64,000 bases of DNA from contig CASFNB010000001.1 of the NCBI GenBank assembly GCA_949295915.1, forward strand, positions 37,565-101,564. The letters are read 5' to 3'. This DNA comes from an uncultured Pseudomonadota bacterium. Its GTDB lineage: Bacteria > Pseudomonadota > Alphaproteobacteria > RF32 > CAG-239. The translations under genes were made by a program, and so were the position numbers. Below are positions 28,557 through 36,016 of this stretch, one piece after another. A model generated the notes under the pieces. That model was not told the DNA's origin, ran no database searches, and was given only the letters and a program-made list of their open reading frames with translations. The stretch's first letter is position 1; each line of letters begins with the position of its first letter.

Positions 28557-28566
28557 GACCTTTTTT
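28538..28566 (+). terminator. Intrinsic terminator
   Basis: AGGTCTTAC-CGAAAA-GTAAGACCT hairpin followed by T6. It overlaps the stop codon. Confidence 0.65.
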
Positions 28567-28653
28567 AATTAAATTCGGTAACCATATATTTACTAAAGCA
28601 GAATATAAATGTAATATTCAATAGAAGTTACAAAAAAGATGTAGGTGAAGAAA

Positions 28654-29643
28654 ATGGGCTTTCTGAAAAAAATTTTAACGGCATTAGGTGCTTTTCTCCT
28701 TATTTTTTGGGGCGGAGCCGGAACACAAAGCAAAAGTTTGATGATGCAAGGCGGCGGATTTATACTTTTCTTAATCGGCTTGGTTGTTTTATACATCTTT
28801 GTAAAAATGGCATGGCGTGCCATGGGGTGTTTGCCGTCGTTTTTAATTTTTGCCGGTATAATAACCTTCATTGTCTATGCAATCGGCGGCTTTAATAATG
28901 GTATTAACGGGGTTATTCCGACATTAAAATCTTTTTTGGGGCAAAGTGACAAGCAAGCAGCTCCGTCGATGATGGTCTTAACGGAAGAAGAAATAGATGG
29001 CTTGGATGCTTCGGAAGAGGGAATGATAGATGGTGCCGAACTAAATGATGTTCCGCAATTACGACAACCGACACCACACGCCCAAACCGCAAAAACATTT
29101 GAACAAGTTTTACAAAACTTTGGCGGTAAAAAACAACAAGCCCAGCGCCCAGCAAGCCCGCAAGATTATCCGTCAATAATCGGACCTGTTCGCGTTGTAA
29201 ACGGCGATACTTTGATGATGGAAGGTCGGTATATTCGTCTGTTTGCCATCGATGCTCCGGAAGCCGACCAAACATGCGCCAACAAAATGGGCAGAGCTTA
29301 TCATTGTGGTCGCGTAGCTGCCACTTGGTTGCGTGATTGGCTGATGGATAATCCGGTAGAATGCCACATCATGCAACAAGATAAAAAAGGCAATATGATG
29401 GGCGTTTGCTCCTTAGGGCAATATGATATCGGCGCAGCATTGGTTAATGCCGGTTGGGCAATTGCCTACACCAAATACTCGGATGTATATGTTCCTTATC
29501 AAGAGCAAGCAATGAGCCGCCGAGATGGTTTGTGGCAAGGAAAATTCTATAGTCCGGAAGATTGGCGTAAAATGAAAGCCAGAAAACCAAATATCAAAAT
29601 CACCAAGCCTAAAAAAGAGCGCAAAAGCATGCTTAACTTTTAG
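28654..29643 (+). CDS. Membrane-anchored thermonuclease (SNase) family protein
   Basis: N-terminal TM module plus C-terminal SNase-like domain (VVNGDTLMMEGRYIRLFAIDAPE...GLWQG). ATG at 28654 is preferred (AGGTGA 6 nt upstream). The ORF track uses GTG at 28645. Confidence 0.8.
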   Translation: MGFLKKILTALGAFLLIFWGGAGTQSKSLMMQGGGFILFLIGLVVLYIFVKMAWRAMGCLPSFLIFAGIITFIVYAIGGFNNGINGVIPTLKSFLGQSDKQAAPSMMVLTEEEIDGLDASEEGMIDGAELNDVPQLRQPTPHAQTAKTFEQVLQNFGGKKQQAQRPASPQDYPSIIGPVRVVNGDTLMMEGRYIRLFAIDAPEADQTCANKMGRAYHCGRVAATWLRDWLMDNPVECHIMQQDKKGNMMGVCSLGQYDIGAALVNAGWAIAYTKYSDVYVPYQEQAMSRRDGLWQGKFYSPEDWRKMKARKPNIKITKPKKERKSMLNF

Positions 29644-29651
29644 GAGCCGAG

Positions 29652-30116
29652 ATGGAAGCGGTTTATTCATATTTATCAAAAACGGAAGCCGACACGGTTT
29701 CATTGGGACAACGAATTGCAAAAATAGCTCAAAAGGGCGATATCTTTGCTCTTGATGGAACTTTGGGCATGGGAAAAAGTGTTTTTAGTCGAGCTTTTAT
29801 ACAAAGTTTAGTTGGCAATACGGATGTTCCGAGCCCAACATTTACCTTGTTGCAAACTTATGATGCTCCGGATTTTGAGATTTATCATTTTGACCTGTAT
29901 CGCCTAAAAGACCCTGACGAGATTTTTGAGCTTGGTATGGAAGAAGCGATGTATCAAGGTGTTTGTTTGATTGAGTGGCCGGAAAAAATGGGAGGTTATT
30001 TGCCTCGTCGCGCCATTACAATAAAAATAACACCTTTGGATGAAGGTCGTTTGTTTGAAATTTTTGCGACGGAACCGGAAAGAAAAAAACGTTTTGGATT
30101 ATTGAACGGTAAATAG
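29652..30116 (+). CDS. tsaE: tRNA threonylcarbamoyladenosine biosynthesis ATPase TsaE
   Basis: GTLGMGKSVFSRAF P-loop, SPTFTL, HFDLYRL. Confidence 0.9.
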   Translation: MEAVYSYLSKTEADTVSLGQRIAKIAQKGDIFALDGTLGMGKSVFSRAFIQSLVGNTDVPSPTFTLLQTYDAPDFEIYHFDLYRLKDPDEIFELGMEEAMYQGVCLIEWPEKMGGYLPRRAITIKITPLDEGRLFEIFATEPERKKRFGLLNGK

Positions 30117-30118
30117 AA

Positions 30119-30535
30119 ATGGCAAACATTCATGCAACATGTGTTTCTTACTTTGGCAAGGGGATTTTAATCAGAGGCAAATCGGGCAGCGGTAAGTCGG
30201 ATTTAGCTTTACGCTTGATTATGGACAAAGGCTGCACGCTTATAGGTGATGATAGAGTTGATATTTTTGCCAAAAGAGGCAAATTGAAAGCCTATGGTAT
30301 CAAAACCATAGCCAACATGCTGGAGGTAAGGGGCATTGGTTTGGCGCATTTTTCTTCAAACAAATCGGCAGAAGTTCATTTGATTGTAGATTTAGTCAAA
30401 GATTCGAGTGATATTGAACGTTTACCTGAGCCGTCAACCGAAGAGTTGGAAGGAATTTCCGTTCCCAAAATCAAAATTTGTGCTTTTGAAGTTTCTGCCG
30501 TCAATAAAATCATTTTGGCTTTATCGATAAAATAA
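30119..30535 (+). CDS. hprK: Truncated HPr kinase/phosphorylase (C-terminal domain only)
   Basis: 138 aa with P-loop GKSGSGKSDLALRL, GDDRV and LEVRGIG. This is the alphaproteobacterial short form. Confidence 0.8.
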   Translation: MANIHATCVSYFGKGILIRGKSGSGKSDLALRLIMDKGCTLIGDDRVDIFAKRGKLKAYGIKTIANMLEVRGIGLAHFSSNKSAEVHLIVDLVKDSSDIERLPEPSTEELEGISVPKIKICAFEVSAVNKIILALSIK

Positions 30536-30637
30536 AATTCTAAAGGTTTGATAAGTTTGATAAGTTTGTTGATTTATCAAAGATGAAGTCATAATATAGC
30601 ATCAATCTAGATTAATCTGTTTGAAAGTATATATACA

Positions 30638-31417
30638 ATGATTCAAAAATTTTTACGTAAATTGGGAAAACCTTTAGTAAAATTTTTCTCAAGTTTGGGC
30701 GAGTTGTCCATTTTTATCGTTCGTTCAGTAGCAAACTGCTTTTTACCCCCGTTTTATCTGCGCAATTTCATGCGTCAGGTCATGGATATAGGCTTTTATT
30801 CTTTACCGGTTGTTGGCTTAACCACCATTTTTGCCGGTATGGTTATTGCTATTCAAAGCTATTCCGGCTTTTCGCGCTTTGGTGCAGAAAGTGCGGTTGC
30901 ATCCGTAGTTTTAATTTCCGTTACGCGTGAGTTGGCACCGGTGCTGTCAGCATTGATGGTTGCCGGACGTATCGGCGCCGCTATGGCTGCCGAAATCGGT
31001 ACTATGCGAGTAACCGAGCAAATCGATGCTTTAACTACCTTATCTACCAATCCGTATAAATATTTAATAGCTCCGCGTATTGTGGCCGCTGTTATAGTTT
31101 TACCTTTGTTGGTTTTGATTGGTGACGTTATCGGTATTTATGGTGGCTATGTTGTCGGTGTTTATCAATTAGGCTTCAATCCGGCAAACTACATCAAATC
31201 TACCATTGATAACTTAGAGGCTTTGGACATCACCACCGGTGTTGTTAAAGCGGCGGTATTCGGTTTTATCATTGCCGTTATGGGTTGCTACAACGGGTTC
31301 AAATCCAAAGGCGGAGCTCAGGGTGTGGGTGATGCCACAACCAATGCCGTTGTATCTTCATCAATTTTGATTTTGATTTTCAACTATATCATTACCGGTA
31401 TGTTCTTTTCCAAATAA
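30638..31417 (+). CDS. mlaE: Phospholipid ABC transporter permease MlaE
   Basis: 259 aa with an MlaE-type core (VTRELAPVLSALMVAGRIGAAMAAEIGTMRVTEQIDAL). Confidence 0.9.
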   Translation: MIQKFLRKLGKPLVKFFSSLGELSIFIVRSVANCFLPPFYLRNFMRQVMDIGFYSLPVVGLTTIFAGMVIAIQSYSGFSRFGAESAVASVVLISVTRELAPVLSALMVAGRIGAAMAAEIGTMRVTEQIDALTTLSTNPYKYLIAPRIVAAVIVLPLLVLIGDVIGIYGGYVVGVYQLGFNPANYIKSTIDNLEALDITTGVVKAAVFGFIIAVMGCYNGFKSKGGAQGVGDATTNAVVSSSILILIFNYIITGMFFSK

Positions 31418-31438
31418 GCTTCAAGTGGAGAAAATAAA

Positions 31439-32203
31439 ATGAGTGATACAAAAATAAAAATCAGCAATCTTCACAAAGCGTTCGGTCGTAAGGTTGTTTT
31501 GGATGGAGTTGATTTAGAAATCAAAAAAGGAGAATCTCTGGTTGTTATCGGAGGGTCGGGAACAGGAAAATCGGTTTTGATTAAATGTATTCAAGGCATT
31601 TTAACACCGGATAGCGGTTCCATTTTGATTGATGATGAAGAAGTTGTCGGTGTTTCTGAGAAAGAAAAAGAGAAACTTCACGCCAAAATGGGCATGTTAT
31701 TTCAAGGCGGTGCTTTGTTTGATAGCTTGAGCGTTTGGGAGAACGTGGCTTTCGGTTTGTTGGAAAACAAAAAAATGGATAAGAAAAATGCCAAAATGGA
31801 AGCCATAAGAGTTTTGCGTCAAGTCGGCTTAGCACCGGATGTAGCTGATTTAGCCCCATCCGAGTTATCCGGCGGTATGCAAAAGCGTGTAGGTTTGGCA
31901 AGAGCCATTGCCACAAGACCGGAAATCATCTTTTTTGATGAACCGACCACGGGTTTGGATCCGATTATGTCGGATGTGATAAACGGTTTGATTATTGAAT
32001 CCGTTAAAGGTTTGGGCGCAACGGCATTAACCATTACGCATGATATGGCCTCTGCCCGCAAAATTGCCGATAGAATTGCCATGTTGTACAAAGGCAAGAT
32101 AATATGGCAAGGAACGGTTAAAGAGCTTGATAAAACCAATAACGAATATGTCCGTCAGTTTATCAACGGCAGTTCGGAAGGTCCGATAAAAGTGGAGGTT
32201 TAA
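31439..32203 (+). CDS. mlaF: Phospholipid ABC transporter ATP-binding protein MlaF
   Basis: Walker A GGSGTGKS, signature LSGGMQKR, Walker B IIFFDEPT. Confidence 0.9.
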   Translation: MSDTKIKISNLHKAFGRKVVLDGVDLEIKKGESLVVIGGSGTGKSVLIKCIQGILTPDSGSILIDDEEVVGVSEKEKEKLHAKMGMLFQGGALFDSLSVWENVAFGLLENKKMDKKNAKMEAIRVLRQVGLAPDVADLAPSELSGGMQKRVGLARAIATRPEIIFFDEPTTGLDPIMSDVINGLIIESVKGLGATALTITHDMASARKIADRIAMLYKGKIIWQGTVKELDKTNNEYVRQFINGSSEGPIKVEV

Positions 32204-32206
32204 GCT

Positions 32207-33580
32207 TTGGCAAAGAAGGGAACAGATTTTGTCTGCCAAAATTGCGGAGCGATATATCCCAAATGGCAAGGTAAATGCGATGCTTGCGGAGAATGGAACA
32301 CCATAGTTGAAGAACGAGTTGGCGGAGAAGGATTTTCTAATCTCACACCCAAGCGCAAAGGCAAAATGATAGACTTTGTTCCTTTAACCGGAGCTGAAGA
32401 AAATTTAGAAAGATTATCCACGGGAATAAAGGAACTTGACCGCGTATGCGGCGGAGGTTTGGTTGCCGGTTCGGTGATTTTGGTCGGCGGAGACCCCGGC
32501 ATAGGGAAATCCACCTTGCTGTTGCAAGCCTGCGCTAAAGTGGCGGAATTGCCGAGCAAGCCGGAAGTATTTTACATTTCCGGAGAAGAAGCGATAGATC
32601 AAGTGAGAATAAGAGCCAAAAGATTGGGGCTGGAAAAAGCACCGGTGCATTTGGCTTCGGCAACCGATATCAGAGATATTGTTGCCACTTTAGAAAAAGC
32701 CAATGCCAATGTGGTGATTATAGATTCTATTCAAACCATGTACTTGGAAGATGTTGAATCCACCCCCGGAAGCGTAACGCAGGTGAGGGCATGTTCTTAT
32801 GAGTTAATCAAACTTGCCAAAAGAAAAGGTTTTACCTTATTTGTGGTCGGGCATGTAACCAAACAAGGCGCTATTGCCGGACCTCGAGTTTTGGAGCACA
32901 TGGTAGATACCGTGCTTTATTTTGAGGGGGAAAGAGGGCATCATTTCCGCATTTTGCGTGCGGTAAAAAATCGTTTTGGTGCCACCGATGAGATTGGTGT
33001 TTTTGAAATGCAGGATCAAGGCTTGGTAGAAGTTGAAAACCCGTCAGCTTTGTTCTTAGCAGAAAGACAGGGGAATATTTCCGGTTCTTGCGTTTTTGCC
33101 GGCATTGAAGGTTCCAGACCGGTATTAGTGGAGATTCAAGCACTGGTCAGTCCCACGGGCTATGCCAGCCCGAAGAGAGCGGTGGTTGGATGGGATTCGA
33201 ACAGATTAGCGATGGTTTTGGCTGTTTTGGAAGCCAGATGCGGCATGAATTTGAGTTCGCAAGATGTTTATCTGAACATAGCCGGAGGATTAAGAATAAC
33301 CGAGCCGGCGGCAGATTTAGCAGTAGCCATGGCGGTTATTTCTTCCATGACCAACAAACCGTTGCCGCATGATATGGTTATTTTTGGGGAGATTGGTTTG
33401 TCCGGCGAGATAAGAGCCGTAACCCAACCTTCTTTAAGATTAAAAGAGGCTCAAAAGTTGGGATTCGCAAGCTGCATAGTTCCACCGACACATAATAAAG
33501 ATAAAAAATCCGGTCTGCATACCGATATGAACGTGTATGAAATCGGAAATGTTCAACGCCTGATAAATTGGTTTAATTAA
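32207..33580 (+). CDS. radA: DNA repair protein RadA
   Basis: N-terminal zinc finger CQNCGA...CDACGEW, Walker A GDPGIGKST, KNRFG motif and a Lon-like C-terminus. TTG start. Confidence 0.95.
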   Translation: MAKKGTDFVCQNCGAIYPKWQGKCDACGEWNTIVEERVGGEGFSNLTPKRKGKMIDFVPLTGAEENLERLSTGIKELDRVCGGGLVAGSVILVGGDPGIGKSTLLLQACAKVAELPSKPEVFYISGEEAIDQVRIRAKRLGLEKAPVHLASATDIRDIVATLEKANANVVIIDSIQTMYLEDVESTPGSVTQVRACSYELIKLAKRKGFTLFVVGHVTKQGAIAGPRVLEHMVDTVLYFEGERGHHFRILRAVKNRFGATDEIGVFEMQDQGLVEVENPSALFLAERQGNISGSCVFAGIEGSRPVLVEIQALVSPTGYASPKRAVVGWDSNRLAMVLAVLEARCGMNLSSQDVYLNIAGGLRITEPAADLAVAMAVISSMTNKPLPHDMVIFGEIGLSGEIRAVTQPSLRLKEAQKLGFASCIVPPTHNKDKKSGLHTDMNVYEIGNVQRLINWFN

Positions 33581-33592
33581 AGGAAAAAATCA

Positions 33593-34357
33593 ATGAATAG
33601 TCTGGATATTGCAATTTTAATCATTGTAGCCATCTCTGCGCTGATTGCGTTGGGTAGGGGGCTGATTAAAGAAGTATTATCAATAATCGGCTGGGTTTTA
33701 GCAATTATTGCCGTTATTTATCTCATGCCGATTTTAACACCTTTTGCCGAAAAATATATTGATAACGGTTCAGCGGCAGCGGTTGCCACGGCGTCTGGCA
33801 TTGTCATTTTGTTTTTCATTATCTGGATTATTCTCACCTCCAAGATAATCGGTTCGATAAGAAAGAGCAAATTAAGCGGATTAGACCGAGTTTTAGGTTT
33901 ATTCTTTGGTATATTCAGAGCATGTTTATTGGTTATTTTGGTTTATATTTTAATCAACTGGATGGTTCCGAAAGAAAATCAAGCCAAAGTAATGCAAGAG
34001 TCCAAATACTTTAACATTGCGGGTTCTTTTGCCAAACCGATTGAAGATTTGATACCTGAATCAACCTTGGCCAAGATAAGAGATAAAACCAGAGCCGTAA
34101 GCGGGGTTGAAGAAGATGAAAATGAAAAAGTTGAGTATGATGAGAAGAGCAAAACCGATATAGATGTTTTGTTTGAGATGTTAGCTCAACCCAAAGTCGC
34201 CAAAAAGAAAGAACCCGTTAAGGTTATAGATAACAGCAAAGCCAATCAAAAGCTTGAGGCCGAAAAGAAAAAGAAAGAAGAAGCCGCCAAAGCCAAGAGC
34301 TATAATGATAGTGAAAGAGGCAATTTGGATAGGCTGATAGAAAACACGGTTGAATAA
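33593..34357 (+). CDS. cvpA: CvpA family membrane protein with lysine-rich C-terminal extension
   Basis: Four TMs of CvpA type. radA-cvpA adjacency is typical of alphaproteobacteria. Confidence 0.8.
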   Translation: MNSLDIAILIIVAISALIALGRGLIKEVLSIIGWVLAIIAVIYLMPILTPFAEKYIDNGSAAAVATASGIVILFFIIWIILTSKIIGSIRKSKLSGLDRVLGLFFGIFRACLLVILVYILINWMVPKENQAKVMQESKYFNIAGSFAKPIEDLIPESTLAKIRDKTRAVSGVEEDENEKVEYDEKSKTDIDVLFEMLAQPKVAKKKEPVKVIDNSKANQKLEAEKKKKEEAAKAKSYNDSERGNLDRLIENTVE

Positions 34358-34363
34358 GAAAAA

Positions 34364-34388
34364 AGCTCCTCAAATGAGGAGCTTTTTT
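34364..34388. terminator. Bidirectional intrinsic terminator (cvpA / XRE gene)
   Basis: AGCTCCTC-AAAT-GAGGAGCT hairpin with an A-run before and T6 after. Confidence 0.7.
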
Positions 34389-34390
34389 GT

Positions 34391-34633
34391 TTATTGTGCA
34401 TCCAAGGCAAGGTCAATTTTCATATCAAAAGCACGAGCAATTTGGTTAAGGTTGCCAAAATTGATTTCGGCGAGCCCAAGCTCAAGTTTTTCAATATAAG
34501 CAGAGGGCACGCCGGTTTGGTTTGCAAGCTCTAAAATAGTCATTTTATGCAAACGTCGGAGTGTAGTAATTTGCTCGGCAAGGGCGAGTTTGGTTTGTTT
34601 GAGATTAATTCGGGCTTGTTTTTTGTTTAACAT
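34391..34633 (-). CDS. XRE-family helix-turn-helix transcriptional regulator (80 aa)
   Basis: HTH_3-like segment LRRLHKMTILELANQTGVPSAYIEKLELG. AAGGAG RBS. Confidence 0.75.
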   Translation of the reverse strand: MLNKKQARINLKQTKLALAEQITTLRRLHKMTILELANQTGVPSAYIEKLELGLAEINFGNLNQIARAFDMKIDLALDAQ

Positions 34634-34674
34634 TATTCAACTCCTTTACAGATAACAGACGATTGTTTGTTAAA

Positions 34675-34838
34675 TTAAACCGCCGAGAGAAGAATCTCAA
34701 GGCGGTGGAGCTGAAAAACTGTATAGAGTCAGTCACCCTTATTCGACCAATAAATTGGCTTATATCGGGCACTCCACCATAAAGTGGATTTCTCTATAAT
34801 GATGTTTTTCAGACACCACAGGCTATCTCTAACCTGCA
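34675..34838 (-). ncRNA. Candidate structured small RNA or cis-regulatory leader upstream of the XRE gene
   Basis: It is bounded by a TTGCAT-N16-TACAAT promoter (34872-34845, minus strand) and a hairpin plus UUUAAUUUA terminator (34705-34671). A long interrupted closing helix is formed by CUGAAAAAC/GUUUUUCAG plus UAUAGAG/CUCUAUA. No family recognised. Confidence 0.3.
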
Positions 34839-34844
34839 AGGAGC

Positions 34845-34872
34845 ATTGTAGAGAAAAAGGGAAAAAATGCAA
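34845..34872 (-). promoter_or_regulatory. Sigma70-like promoter candidate (minus strand)
   Basis: TTGCAT-N16-TACAAT read on the minus strand. Confidence 0.35.
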
Positions 34873-34910
34873 ATATTTTTTGTGAACGAGGTACAAAACA
34901 CTACCTAAAC

Positions 34911-34968
34911 GTCATGCTGAACTCGTTTCAGCATCTCATGAGATCCTGAAACAAATTCGGGATAACAA
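34911..34968. repeat. Nested-palindrome (double hairpin) repeat element
   Basis: ATGCTGAA-N5-TTCAGCAT (34914-34934), central palindrome CTCATGAG (34935-34942), then ATCCTGAA-N5-TTCGGGAT (34943-34963). The two halves are imperfect reverse complements of each other. Confidence 0.5.
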
Positions 34969-35090
34969 CGACGAATGAACAAGGCACTTTTGCTCCGCCT
35001 TGCACATAGACAGCAACGCGGCTTCAGGGCACGGACAGCAAGGCAATCGATTAGGGCGGTCAAGCTGGCTCAGCTTGCGCGCTGCGTTTA

Positions 35091-35684
35091 TTAGAGGAGT
35101 TTGCGGGAGTTGAGAGCAAGCTGAATGGTGCCTTCGTCCATATAATCAAGTTCGGCACCCATCGGGATTCCCTGTGCTAAGGTGGTTATTTTGACGTTAG
35201 AGTCCTTAAGGCGAGAAACCAAATAGTGAGATGTAATTTGTCCGTCAACCGTTGCCGGCAAGGCTAAAATAACCTCTGTAATGCCCTCAGAGCAGATTCT
35301 TTCAATCAGTGGCTCAATATTCAGGTCTTCGGGTGCTACACCATCCAGAGCTGATAAAACACCGCCTAAGACATGATATTTACCTTTGAAGAAGGAAACA
35401 CGTTCCATCGCCCAAAGGTCAGCCACATCTTGCACCACGCAAAGAAGGTGCGGTTCACGGAGAGCTGAAGCGCAAATCGAGCAAGGAGAGGTGGTGTCAT
35501 AGTTACCGCAAATTTCGCAGGTCTTGATATTATCCGCTACTTGCATCATCGCCTCAATCAAAGGCAAAAGCAAGGATTCGCGCTTTTTTATAAGTTGCAA
35601 AACAATGCGGCGTGCCGAACGCGTGCCTAGAGACGGAAGTTTGGATACCAATTTTATCAGTTTTTCAATATCTTGACCTGCCAT
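35091..35684 (-). CDS. recR: Recombination protein RecR
   Basis: HhH N-terminus, C4 zinc finger CEICGNYDTTSPCSIC and a Toprim domain. Confidence 0.95.
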   Translation of the reverse strand: MAGQDIEKLIKLVSKLPSLGTRSARRIVLQLIKKRESLLLPLIEAMMQVADNIKTCEICGNYDTTSPCSICASALREPHLLCVVQDVADLWAMERVSFFKGKYHVLGGVLSALDGVAPEDLNIEPLIERICSEGITEVILALPATVDGQITSHYLVSRLKDSNVKITTLAQGIPMGAELDYMDEGTIQLALNSRKLL

Positions 35685-35693
35685 GACGCTACC

Positions 35694-36014
35694 TTAGAAA
35701 GGAAGTTTTAACCCCGGAATATTCAAACCGCCGGTAACCGAAGAAATGGTTTTGTTCAGGTTTTCATCAACCTTATTTTTGGCGTCATTGTAGGCAGCCA
35801 TAATCAAATCTTCCAAAATATCAACTTCATCGGCATTGATGAGAGATTTATCAAGAGAGATTTTTTTCATTTCAAATTTGCCGTTAAGCGTAACATTAAC
35901 CATGCCGCCGCCGCTAGAGCCGTTCACTTCTTCTTGAGCAGCTTTTTCTTGAGCTTCTTCCATTTTCTTTTGCATCATTTGCGCTTGTTTCATAATGCCT
36001 TGAATATTCATCAT
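35694..36014 (-). CDS. ybaB: Nucleoid-associated protein YbaB/EbfC
   Basis: 106 aa, MQKKMEEAQ...GGGMV...NGK pattern. Sits between dnaX and recR. Confidence 0.9.
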   Translation of the reverse strand: MMNIQGIMKQAQMMQKKMEEAQEKAAQEEVNGSSGGGMVNVTLNGKFEMKKISLDKSLINADEVDILEDLIMAAYNDAKNKVDENLNKTISSVTGGLNIPGLKLPF

Positions 36015-36016
36015 TG

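Noticed and set aside
34704-34780. A tRNA-like or tmRNA-like signal: GGTGGAG ... ATTCGAC ... CTCCACCA on the plus strand. This suggests an acceptor stem with a CCA end, and alphaproteobacteria have permuted two-piece tmRNAs.
   Set aside because: There is no GGTTCGA-type T-loop with a proper T-stem, no D or anticodon arms, no G-U at acceptor position 3, no plausible Ala-initiated tag reading frame ending in AA-stop nearby, and the order of elements does not fit a permuted ssrA. The pairing is better explained as part of the minus-strand structured RNA.
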